This document shows, piece by piece, positions 56,701-64,000 of a DNA stretch of 64,000 nt (position 1 is its first letter; each line of letters starts with the position of its first letter). The notes under the pieces were generated by a model. It was not told where the DNA came from, ran no database searches, and saw only the letters and a program-made list of their open reading frames with translations. The stretch spans positions 10,326-74,325 of the forward strand of contig CAXMQV010000005.1 of the NCBI GenBank assembly GCA_964195905.1, given 5' to 3'. The DNA is from an uncultured Gammaproteobacteria bacterium (GTDB lineage: Bacteria > Actinomycetota > Acidimicrobiia > Spongiisociales > SHLN01). The position numbers and the translations under genes were made by a program.

Positions 56701-59700
56701 GGTGAGCTCGGTGCGGCTGGTTCGGCCGGCACCGTCGGCCACGGTGGAGACGATCTGATAGGTACCCCCGACCTCGGTTTGGAACGTGCACTCGACTGCG
56801 GCATCGCCGGAGGTGACCGGGCAGGTCTCGACTTCGACGGTGACTTCCTCCCAGCGGCCGTCGAGAATCTGCCAGTCGAGCCGGCCGGACTCAACGGTGA
56901 CGGGCCGGGCAGGGACGGCATTCCCGTCGATGTCGGTGACGATGGCTTCGATCACCAGCGGCTCGCCGGCCTTGACGAAGGTCCGTTCGCCTCGCAAGCC
57001 GACGTACAGCTCGCCCGGATGAACCAGCAGGTCGGTGCCGTCCGACCAGGCCTGACGATTCACATCGAACACGGTTGCCTGGGACGAGACCGTCGTCGGC
57101 AGCCCTTCACCGTCACCGTCGAAATCCATCTGCAGGTAGTGATTGCCTGAGGCATCGGTGCGTCCGGAGAAGGTCTCCACGGTGGCGGGATCGAACTGCG
57201 GCCCGAAGTCGCCATAGAACGACTCGCCGGCGAACCCGCCCTCGTAGTAGTCGTCGCCGCCGAACCCACCGACCGGGTACACGTCCCCATACCACCAGGG
57301 GGTCCACACTCCGAAGGTGAACTCGTCCCAGTTGGGCGGTGAGTAGGTGGCCTGACGGGTGGTAACCGTCCACTCGACGGCGGCGTCGGGCAGCGGTCCG
57401 CCCGAGAAGTAGGCGGCCTCGACCGCCACTGTGGCCGGCTTGCCGGCCACGTAGGGTCCCGCCGATTCGGCCCGGGTGGTGACCTCGAACTCGGGGCGGC
57501 GGAACTCCTGGATCTGAAAGTTGTGGGTGTAGGCGTTGTCCAGTCGGCCGGCTCCGGTTACCGAGAGGTTGACCCAGGCTGCGCCCAGGTTGGCGCCGGC
57601 GGGTATCTCGATCTCGAAGTCGAAGCCGCCCAGCACGTTGAGGTCAACCGAACCCGCTCCGATGTCGTTGCCGTACCAGTCGTTCACCTGATAGCTGACG
57701 GCGGCGTTGGCGCCGACTTCGGCGAGCTGGGCGTCGTCGCTCACCGTCAATCGGCGGACCCATCCCTTGAAGTGAGCGGTCTCGCCCGGCCGGTACAGCT
57801 GGCGGTCATCGAACACATACCAGAGCGACTGGTCGGTTCGGGGGCGCTGCCGCCAGTCCGAGTCGAGGATGGCGCTGTCCTCTCCGCGGCGGGCGATGAG
57901 ATGGCCGGTTTCGAACGACGGTTTGTCGATCCGGGCCAGGCCGTCGGTATTGGTGGTGCCGGTGGTGGGTGCCTGGTCGAATGTCACCTCGACACCGGCC
58001 AACGGCTCACCGCTCCGCAGATCGGTGGCCCAAACGACCAGCTCGTCGGCGTCGTCGAAGACGCCGGTGCCGATGAGGGTGGACTGCGCCCACACGAGGG
58101 CGGGCCGGTTGCTCCAGAAATCGTTGTCGTCGAGGGTCGATTCGGCCAGCCGCCCGGTGGGCTCCACCAGCACGATCACGTGGCCCGGTTCGCCCTCGAG
58201 CGCCGCGCCGAGCTCGACGGTGGTCTCGGTCAGCTCGTTGTCTTCGGCGTCGGTGTCGATGGTGGTGTCGAGCACCTCATCCCAGTTGGGCAGGGGCGGG
58301 GCGTCCCGGTAGTCCCACCGCTGATCTTGGTATGTCAGGTACGAGTCCCAGTCGTCCAGGTCCACCCGGAACAAGCGGATCCGCAGCTCGTCGTGGTTGA
58401 CGGTGGTGACCGCCAGCGAGGGCTCGGGAGCGAGCGGATCGAGCGTGACCAGGCGGTCGTTGAACTGGTTCAAATACGGCCGGGCGTCGGTGATGTCGAA
58501 GTCGACCGTCTCGTCGTCGCCCAGGGTCTGGCCGTAGGTGTCGGTCAGCCCGGCGGACACGGTGGCGGTGTACGTGGTACCGCCGACGGTGGCACCCCGG
58601 ATCGAGATCGAGTTGTACTCGGCGAACACGGACATGCCCGCCAGCTCCGGCTCGACGGTGACCATGGACGGATCGAACGCCCCGGTGTCGAGTGGGTTGT
58701 TGAAGCCGATGGAGAGCCACCGGCCCGGCTCGCACCGATCATCTCCCCGGCACGACCAGTCGCGGATGCGGAGCGGCGAATAAGTGTGGGCGGTGTAGCG
58801 GGCGGCGTCTGAGGTGACCCGGGGCCCTTCGGCAGATGGGGTCCCGGGTCCGATCTGGATGGTGAGGGCGGTATCGGTCTCGAAGGCATCGGTGGCCCGG
58901 AAGGCCAGCCAGCGGTCCTCGAGCAGTCCGTCGACGCGGCGGCTGATGTGCTCGTCGGCGGCGAGCTCGGCCCCGGTAGCCAGCCGGAGCGGCCGCTCGG
59001 TGCCGTCGGCGGTGAGGGTGATGGTCTCCAGCACGGCCGCCGGGTCGATCCGCTGATCGAACGCTGCCAGGAAGACGGGCTCGAGCGGCAGCGAATCGTT
59101 CTCCGGCGTGAACGACTGCACCTGAACCGGCGGAGTGGAGAACTCCCAACGAACGGTCGCCGCCAGCGCACCGCCGGTCTGGCTCGTGGTGCCGACCGGG
59201 ATCTCGACGGTGTACTCGGTGGCCATGGGAAGCCGGTCGAACCGGTCGGGCTCGTGCTCGAAGCGCAGCGTGCGGGTGCCGATCCATTGCCAGCGGCCGG
59301 GGAGATCGGGGGTGATGGTGGCGGGAACGTCGAGGGTGTCGAGCTGCTCGAGGGTGGCGAGGGGCACCATCGGCTGGTTGAACGTGATGCTGACGAAGGG
59401 GGCGATGTCGACGGCACCCTCCGGCTGGAAGCGCAGCACTTCGAGGGGACCGGTCGGCACGTCGGGCGGGGGAGGGTCAGTTCCGGCCGGGAAGGGGACC
59501 TCAACGGTCTCGCCTACCAGGGGAGGCCGCAGGGTCTTGGCGGGCCGGTTGAAGTCCTGCCGGTCGTCGTCTGGCGCAACCCAGGTGGGAAGTCGGTCGA
59601 ATATGGCGGCAACGGTGTCATCGTCGAGCGGCTCGCCCGGCACCACCGTCACCGGGTCGGGGCCGAACTGGGTCAGGGCGGCGCCGGCACTGAGCCGGAC

Positions 59701-59889
59701 GGTGAGGGGCTCGCCGGGCAGGCCGAGGGCGAGGATCTTCCCGGTTTGGCCCGGTCCCACCGGACCGGTCCCGATCGGGCCCGACCCGTCGCTCGAAGTG
59801 CACTGGGAGGCAATGAGCGCCACCACGAGAACGACGACTAGGGCGCCTCCAATTCGTGCGGCCGTACGACCGCCCGTAGCTGTCGCCAT
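53761..59889 (-). CDS. Alpha-2-macroglobulin family protein (bacterial, thioester-less type)
   Basis: About 2040 aa from MATATGGRTAARIGGALVVVLVVALIA (signal/anchor). Family-typical C-terminus ...ATTPGTFVVPPTKAEEIYAPETFGRSG. The thioester position reads YRYESADGFASR, with no CxEQ. The ORF extension to 60498 is rejected. Confidence 0.82.
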   Translation of the reverse strand: MATATGGRTAARIGGALVVVLVVALIASQCTSSDGSGPIGTGPVGPGQTGKILALGLPGEPLTVRLSAGAALTQFGPDPVTVVPGEPLDDDTVAAIFDRLPTWVAPDDDRQDFNRPAKTLRPPLVGETVEVPFPAGTDPPPPDVPTGPLEVLRFQPEGAVDIAPFVSITFNQPMVPLATLEQLDTLDVPATITPDLPGRWQWIGTRTLRFEHEPDRFDRLPMATEYTVEIPVGTTSQTGGALAATVRWEFSTPPVQVQSFTPENDSLPLEPVFLAAFDQRIDPAAVLETITLTADGTERPLRLATGAELAADEHISRRVDGLLEDRWLAFRATDAFETDTALTIQIGPGTPSAEGPRVTSDAARYTAHTYSPLRIRDWSCRGDDRCEPGRWLSIGFNNPLDTGAFDPSMVTVEPELAGMSVFAEYNSISIRGATVGGTTYTATVSAGLTDTYGQTLGDDETVDFDITDARPYLNQFNDRLVTLDPLAPEPSLAVTTVNHDELRIRLFRVDLDDWDSYLTYQDQRWDYRDAPPLPNWDEVLDTTIDTDAEDNELTETTVELGAALEGEPGHVIVLVEPTGRLAESTLDDNDFWSNRPALVWAQSTLIGTGVFDDADELVVWATDLRSGEPLAGVEVTFDQAPTTGTTNTDGLARIDKPSFETGHLIARRGEDSAILDSDWRQRPRTDQSLWYVFDDRQLYRPGETAHFKGWVRRLTVSDDAQLAEVGANAAVSYQVNDWYGNDIGAGSVDLNVLGGFDFEIEIPAGANLGAAWVNLSVTGAGRLDNAYTHNFQIQEFRRPEFEVTTRAESAGPYVAGKPATVAVEAAYFSGGPLPDAAVEWTVTTRQATYSPPNWDEFTFGVWTPWWYGDVYPVGGFGGDDYYEGGFAGESFYGDFGPQFDPATVETFSGRTDASGNHYLQMDFDGDGEGLPTTVSSQATVFDVNRQAWSDGTDLLVHPGELYVGLRGERTFVKAGEPLVIEAIVTDIDGNAVPARPVTVESGRLDWQILDGRWEEVTVEVETCPVTSGDAAVECTFQTEVGGTYQIVSTVADGAGRTSRTELTRWVSGGNRRPERNVVQEEATLIPDQPEYAPGDTAEILVEAPFSPAEGLLTVSRNGFVSQETFTIEDTSTVLSIPIVDDYIPNIHIQVDLVGATGRTTDAGDPLPDAPDRPAFAVGRLTLQVPPLSRTLSLSVDPAAPTTEPGSTTSVEVTVADGAGNPVAGAELAVVVVDEAVLALSDYQLPDPLDVFYRPIDSGVSSRYLRHSIELANPEKLGDESQTTSTAAAGGDAGGGADGADFAPASEALSDGRYAAEESDDGASDSAIDVRTNFDALAVFDPEVRTSSDGTATIEVPLPDSLTRYRVMVVAVDGVDRFGSAESNITARLPLMVRPSAPRFLNFGDQFELPVVIQNQTDEDLQVDVGIQTANLSLTAGAGRRVTVPANDRIEVRFPAAAEDVGTARFRVAAVSGTLADAATIALPVYTPATTEAFATYGVLDDGVIAQTVLAPEGVFPQFGGLEVNTSSTALQALTDAIIYLNDYRYESADGFASRILAIAALRDVLEAFEADGLPPAAELEARVAEDIEGLLRLQTGPGGFAIWRRTNETVPYHSIQATHALIEAKAEGYAVPADRLEEALWYLANIEDFYPSVYSQQTRDTLSAYALHVRNLAGDRDAAKANQLYRRAGADLGLDAVAWLWPVLDDAGSDAEIERLFSNRATETAGAATFTTDYGEDAYLILHSDRRTDGIILDALIDEAPGGDLIPKVVAGLLGNQTRGRWNNVQENAFILLALNEYFDTFEAVTPDFVARIWLGDLYAAEHVFEGRTTDRDETVVPMAELIAQAQGGETNLVVSKDGVGRLYYRLGLRYAPVDLDLDPLDRGFVVQRSYEAIDDPGDVTRDADGTWHIKPGAEVRVRLTMVADSRRTHVALVDPLPAGFEALNPALAGTPPIPVEEFEDEETFFGRRSFWWWQWYEHDNLRDDRAEAFASLLWAGTYDYTYVARATTPGTFVVPPTKAEEIYAPETFGRSGSDIVIVESR

Positions 59890-60124
59890 CCTGTCCCGGG
59901 CCCTTCGCTGTGGTTGTGGCATTCGACGCTCGCAGGCACACGATAGGTTCCCCCCCACGGGGTGCCGTGGACCTGTTCGGCCGGGCTGGAACGGCAGTGT
60001 CGGCACCGTGCCCGCCTGATTGGGGAGCGAGTGCCCCGCCTGGCGGGCCCCGCCGCGACCGTCATCGGCGCAACAGTCCGGCCGAGTCAATAAACTGAGT
60101 TGTGCCGCGGCCCAGAAGGTCAAC

Positions 60125-61939
60125 GTGAGTAAGCGTCGGCGACGGAAACAGCATTCCCAGCTCGGCCCCGACGGGCTGCCCCTGCCCCTCAAGTGGCGCC
60201 CCCGGGTGCGCATCTTCGGCCTCATCAGTGGGGCGATCGGTGGGCTGGGGGCGGTCGTTCTCATCCAGCAATACGGGATCGCTCCGCTCGGTAGGGCGCT
60301 CACCCTGCAGGGACTCATCGGGGGAGCCATCTTCGGCATCGTCATTCCGTCAGTCGTGTTCGCGATCGTGGTTCGGAAGTACAACCGCAAGCTGGCCGAA
60401 GCCCGGGGGCGTCTCCCGCCAGGGCCGGCGGCATCCCCCGGCGTCGGAGCTGTCGTTCTCTTCGTCATGCTGATCGGAACGTTCACGGCATTCGGCACGG
60501 GGGCCGCCTACGGCGAGGGACGGGGACCGTGCCGGTTAGTAGTCGATGGATACGACGTCGCCACCCTGGACGTGACCCCGTCTGATGCCATTCCGGTTGA
60601 GAGCGAGTCGTCGTTCATCGCGTCCATGAGTTGGCCGTCGGACTTTGCGACATTTGAGGTGCGGTTCTTCTATGCGGGCTTCAGCTACGGATTTGGCGAC
60701 GGTGAGGTCGACGAAGAAGGAAGTGATGGAGGACCGGACAGCGGAACCGTCGAGCTGCCGGTCGACGTCTTCTTCCAATATGCCGGCGGCCTGTATGAGG
60801 TGCACGTAGACGGTGTGATGGTGAACGGCCAGAGCTGCAACTTCGCCATGCTTTTCGACGTCGACCGCAACCCGCTCGAGACGGTGGTTGGGAAAGTGGC
60901 TGCCGCTACTGCCGCGGTGGGAGCGGTCGGGGTCATCGGCGTCGGGGCGGCGGCCGCGATTGATGGAACGCGCATGATCGGCGATCTCACCTCGATTCTG
61001 GCCGACCCCAAGCTGACAACCGTTTTCGACACTTCCGGCCTGGACGTCAACGACGGGATCGTGGACGGAGCCCGCGTTGATAGGACCGGGGACGGATTAG
61101 TTGGTGATCACCCGGGTGATACGTCCGAACCATCCGGTGGTGCTGCTCCTGAGCCGAAGGTGGTGCCGAAGACGGGTGAACCGGGTGCCGGTGCTGCTCT
61201 GGAGCCGAAGGTGGTGCCAAAGGCCGTTGAATCGGTGGCTGATGCTGCTCCGGAGCCGGGGGTGATTCCAAAGCCGATTGAGCCGGCCGGTGGCGCTGTG
61301 GAGCCGAAGGTGGCCGCGGGCTCCGTTGCCCGTGACGGTCTTGACCCGAAGGTGATACCCGATGCGGCTGAGCCGGCCCTTGGCTCCGTTCCCGGCCAAA
61401 CGGAGATGCCGGTCGAGCCGATCGTCGGGGATGGTGTTCCCGACGAGATCGCCACCGAACCGGCCGGAGCCGGCACCTCGGAACCTGCTGCACTCCCATC
61501 GCAGCTCAATTCCGCCGAAACTGCGGCCGACGCCCCTGGGCCCGGTGGAGAGCCCGCCACCGGCGAGGTGCCCCCGACCGACCCGATAATCCTCGAGCCC
61601 GCTCAGCCCGCCACAGGAAAGCCCGGGGGAGGAGTGCTGGGAGGCAAGGTGGGTATGGCGGCAGGTGTCGTCCTCACCCCGGCCCTCGTGGGATCTCTGG
61701 AAAGGGCGGCCAAAGAGCGCTCAAGCGGAGCCGCCTCCACAACGGCATCGTTCTGGTTCTATGTCACCGAGCCAACGCCGTTGTTCGGGCTCGAGGACTA
61801 CAGCACCGTCGTCGGTGAGCTGTCACCCGGTTCGTGGTACCTGGCCCAGGGCACGCATGGCGAGTGGGTGCATGCGGTCGACAGCGCCACAAACGTCGAG
61901 GGCTGGGTGGCGGGCCCGGCAGCCCAGCCGGCGCCATAG
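60125..61939 (+). CDS. Multi-pass membrane protein with Pro-rich 'EPKVVPK' repeats and a C-terminal SH3b-like domain
   Basis: GTG 60125 gives VSKRRRRK followed by TM helices. Repeats AAPEPKVVPKTGEPGA / AALEPKVVPKAVESVAD / AAPEPGVIPKPIEPAG. C-terminus ...GSWYLAQGTHGEWVHAVDSATNVEGWV. The start is uncertain (ORF open from 60020). Confidence 0.55.
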   Translation: MSKRRRRKQHSQLGPDGLPLPLKWRPRVRIFGLISGAIGGLGAVVLIQQYGIAPLGRALTLQGLIGGAIFGIVIPSVVFAIVVRKYNRKLAEARGRLPPGPAASPGVGAVVLFVMLIGTFTAFGTGAAYGEGRGPCRLVVDGYDVATLDVTPSDAIPVESESSFIASMSWPSDFATFEVRFFYAGFSYGFGDGEVDEEGSDGGPDSGTVELPVDVFFQYAGGLYEVHVDGVMVNGQSCNFAMLFDVDRNPLETVVGKVAAATAAVGAVGVIGVGAAAAIDGTRMIGDLTSILADPKLTTVFDTSGLDVNDGIVDGARVDRTGDGLVGDHPGDTSEPSGGAAPEPKVVPKTGEPGAGAALEPKVVPKAVESVADAAPEPGVIPKPIEPAGGAVEPKVAAGSVARDGLDPKVIPDAAEPALGSVPGQTEMPVEPIVGDGVPDEIATEPAGAGTSEPAALPSQLNSAETAADAPGPGGEPATGEVPPTDPIILEPAQPATGKPGGGVLGGKVGMAAGVVLTPALVGSLERAAKERSSGAASTTASFWFYVTEPTPLFGLEDYSTVVGELSPGSWYLAQGTHGEWVHAVDSATNVEGWVAGPAAQPAP

Positions 61940-62014
61940 CCCGACTCCGATCATCGTTCGGCGGGGCTTGGCTCTTATCAGCGATCACGGTGTGATGCGG
62001 ATCGGGCACCCAGG

Positions 62015-62049
62015 ATGAGGAGGACCCCCGGCTCGGCGGTCCTCCTCAT
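62015..62049 (+). terminator. Hairpin atgaggaggacc-N11-ggtcctcctcat
   Basis: 12-bp perfect stem, 75 nt after the stop at 61939. Confidence 0.45.
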
Positions 62050-62486
62050 AACAGATGCGTTCGGTTCAAACGACGTCGCGGCGCGCCACCGAGATCCCGC
62101 CGGGGGAGGGGATTGAGTTTGGTTGGGATCGAGTTGAAGGTTTGCAGTGCTCATGGGTTATTGCCTTTCTTTCAGGAAGCGGTCCGGGTGAGGACCGTGT
62201 CGACCATGAAGGCCACGAATTGGTGCGGCTGCTCGAACAGCGGCCGGTGGCCTGAGGTCTCGTTCCTCTCGTCCCGATGATCGAAGAGCCGCCGTGATGG
62301 CTTCGGCCCTGTTTGTGATCTTGATGTTGGACAATCCCTGGTCGGGCGACACCGCCCTCAAACCCGAGGCGTTTGAACACATTCATACGATGCAGGACCG
62401 GATGCAGCACCCTGAAGTGGCCCCATGAGGTGAAGGCGTCGGCTTCACGTGAAGCCCGGGTCTGTCGCTCACCCGGCGCGACAGCG

Positions 62487-63692
62487 TTATTCGGTCCTGA
62501 TGTGACCGCGGTGGAGTTCGTTGACAGAAGTCACACCGAGTAGCTGCATCGTGCGGATGATCCCTTCGCGGAACATCTGTAGAGCTCGATCGACGCCGTG
62601 CTCGCCGCCCGCCATCAGAGCGTAGAGATATGCTCGACCGACGAATGCTGCGGTGGCGCCTTGCGCGACCGCCGCGACGACGTCGGCCCCATCCATGATG
62701 CCTCCGTCGACATAGACCTCGATTTGATCTCCGACGGTATCCACAACCTGGGGGAGTAGCTCGAATGTGGTCGGGGAACGGTCGAGTTGACGGCCGCCGT
62801 GATTGGAGACAACGATGGCGGAAGCCCCATGGTCGACCGCCTTCCTGGCGTCGTCGACGTTCATGATCCCCTTGACGACAAGTGGTCCGTTCCATTGATC
62901 CCGGACCCAGTCGACGTCGGACCAAGTGAGGGTCGGTTGGAAGGTGTGGGTCATGAGCTCGGCAACGGTTCCGTCGAAGTTGCGGAAACTGGCGAATTCG
63001 AGCGGCTCGGTGGTGAGAAGGTTGTACCACCAGCTCGGATGACGGCCCATATCGAACAGAGTCTTCAGAGTCAGCGAGGGCGGTATCGTCAGCCCGTTCC
63101 GAATGTCGCGCAACCGGGCCCCCGGGACCGGGACGTCAACCGTAAGGACGACGGCCGAGTAGTCGGCAGCTTGGGCTCGACGAAGTAATTCTTCAGTGGA
63201 GCCACGGTCTTTCAGCACATACAGCTGGAACCAGCGGTTCAGTTCGGGGGCCGCCTCGGCGACATCTTCAGCCGAAGAAGTGCCCAGGGTGGACAGGGTG
63301 TAGGCGATCCCGGCGCGAGCCGCCGCCCGGGCCACGGCCGGCTCGCCCTCATGCTGCATCATCCGCGTGAATCCGGTTGGGGCGAACGCCAGCGGCATGC
63401 TGGAAGTTGCCCCGAGGAGGGTCGTCGAGGTGTCGACCCGCGAGACATCGCGCAGTACCGTCGGGATGAACTCGACGCGCCGGTAGGCCTGGCGGGAGCG
63501 GCGAAGCGCTATCTCCGCCTCGGCGGCGCCGTCCGTGTAGTCGAATGCGGCTCGCGGTGTACGACGTCGGGCGATCTTGCGTAGGTCCCAGATCGAAGCC
63601 GCCGAAGCCAAGCGCGCCTCCGGCCCAATGCCGGGCCACCGTATCTTGATCAGCGGTTCGATATCTGCCCAGCGGGGCATACGTCTGTCCAT
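62487..63692 (-). CDS. lldD: FMN-dependent alpha-hydroxy-acid dehydrogenase (L-lactate dehydrogenase/oxidase family)
   Basis: AFDYTDGAAEAEIALRRSRQAYRRVEFIPTVLRDVS...VVSNHGGRQLD... Confidence 0.85.
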   Translation of the reverse strand: MDRRMPRWADIEPLIKIRWPGIGPEARLASAASIWDLRKIARRRTPRAAFDYTDGAAEAEIALRRSRQAYRRVEFIPTVLRDVSRVDTSTTLLGATSSMPLAFAPTGFTRMMQHEGEPAVARAAARAGIAYTLSTLGTSSAEDVAEAAPELNRWFQLYVLKDRGSTEELLRRAQAADYSAVVLTVDVPVPGARLRDIRNGLTIPPSLTLKTLFDMGRHPSWWYNLLTTEPLEFASFRNFDGTVAELMTHTFQPTLTWSDVDWVRDQWNGPLVVKGIMNVDDARKAVDHGASAIVVSNHGGRQLDRSPTTFELLPQVVDTVGDQIEVYVDGGIMDGADVVAAVAQGATAAFVGRAYLYALMAGGEHGVDRALQMFREGIIRTMQLLGVTSVNELHRGHIRTE

Positions 63693-63857
63693 TGCACCTC
63701 CGTTGGCCCGATCGACAGGCTATACGACCGATCCCGGCCTTCTGTGCGACGTCGGATGGCGACTGAAAGAGAAACGAAAGGATCTCGGCTCCGCTGGACA
63801 CATCAGGAGTGAAGCCAGCAAATCAGTGTGCTTGGCACATCGACACAGGAGTAGATC

Positions 63858-64000
63858 ATGACACGCAGAGTCTGGACCATCGTTACCGCAGTAACCCTGA
63901 CCCTCGTCGCCATCGGAGGCGCAGCCGCCTTTGCAGCCGGCGGGGGAGCAGAGGATGAACAGGACACCAGTCCGAGTCTCGGAGTACCGGCGCCCGGCTA
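63858..64000 (+). CDS. Secreted/membrane-anchored protein, 3' end cut by window edge
   Basis: SD aggag, then ATG 63858. MTRRVWTIVTAVTLTLVAIGGAAAFAAGGGAEDEQD is signal-like. Confidence 0.5.
   Translation, partial: MTRRVWTIVTAVTLTLVAIGGAAAFAAGGGAEDEQDTSPSLGVPAPG

Noticed and set aside
59890-60498. 203-codon 5' extension of the A2M ORF.
   Set aside because: The extension is Arg/Pro-rich and overlaps the divergent gene's start region. MATATGGRTAARIGGALVVVLVVALIA provides a normal signal/anchor.
62172-62290. Calling an alpha/beta-hydrolase pseudogene as a feature.
   Set aside because: Only about 30 C-terminal residues look family-like and I cannot trace the rest of the fold in any frame. Reported as a low-interest finding only.

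Overview
GC-rich window, roughly two-thirds G+C by eye (not computed), with almost no non-coding space. Bases 1-17.4 kb hold the conserved actinobacterial-type housekeeping block rpoA-rplQ-truA-rplM-rpsI-glmM-glmS-acpS-nnr-alr-tsaE-tsaB-rimI-tsaD-groES-groEL. Then come cimA, trpS, guaB3-like/guaA, pcrA and recQ, and from about 27 kb onward a more accessory half. That half carries an orphan CheA-like hybrid kinase plus a REC-GAF regulator, and two proteins with GDWDGDG (FG-GAP/VCBS-like) repeats. It also has an ECF sigma/anti-sigma pair preceded by a Cys-Pro repeat secreted protein, a same-strand cluster of uncharacterised genes ending in a membrane adenylate cyclase, a two-component system next to spondin-N and thioredoxin-NHL genes, and a ~2040-aa thioester-less alpha-2-macroglobulin. 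I saw no rRNA, tRNA, CRISPR array, transposase or integrase. RNA and regulatory elements readable by eye are a glmS ribozyme before glmS, two CIRCE operators before groES, and a candidate leaderless Ile/Leu/Thr leader peptide plus terminator before cimA. The most unusual signal is not a gene: nearly every intergenic gap that follows a stop codon holds arrays of 7-nt tandem repeats. They use a small vocabulary (GGTCACC/TGTCACC, GTTCACA/CTGTCAA, CCAACCG/CCCACCG, GTCCCAA/TTGGGTC) and are usually paired with a near-complementary array, one of them expanded to 15 copies. A second hairpin family (GGGAAC..TTC..GTTCC-TTGGGAG) shows a compensatory base-pair change between copies. Three coding regions (ECF sigma, a small P/E-rich ORF, and a start-less ORF after the A2M gene) are broken by apparent single-nucleotide frame shifts, two of them at G runs, so read-level QC is needed. 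All family calls come from motif recognition by eye; no searches were run.
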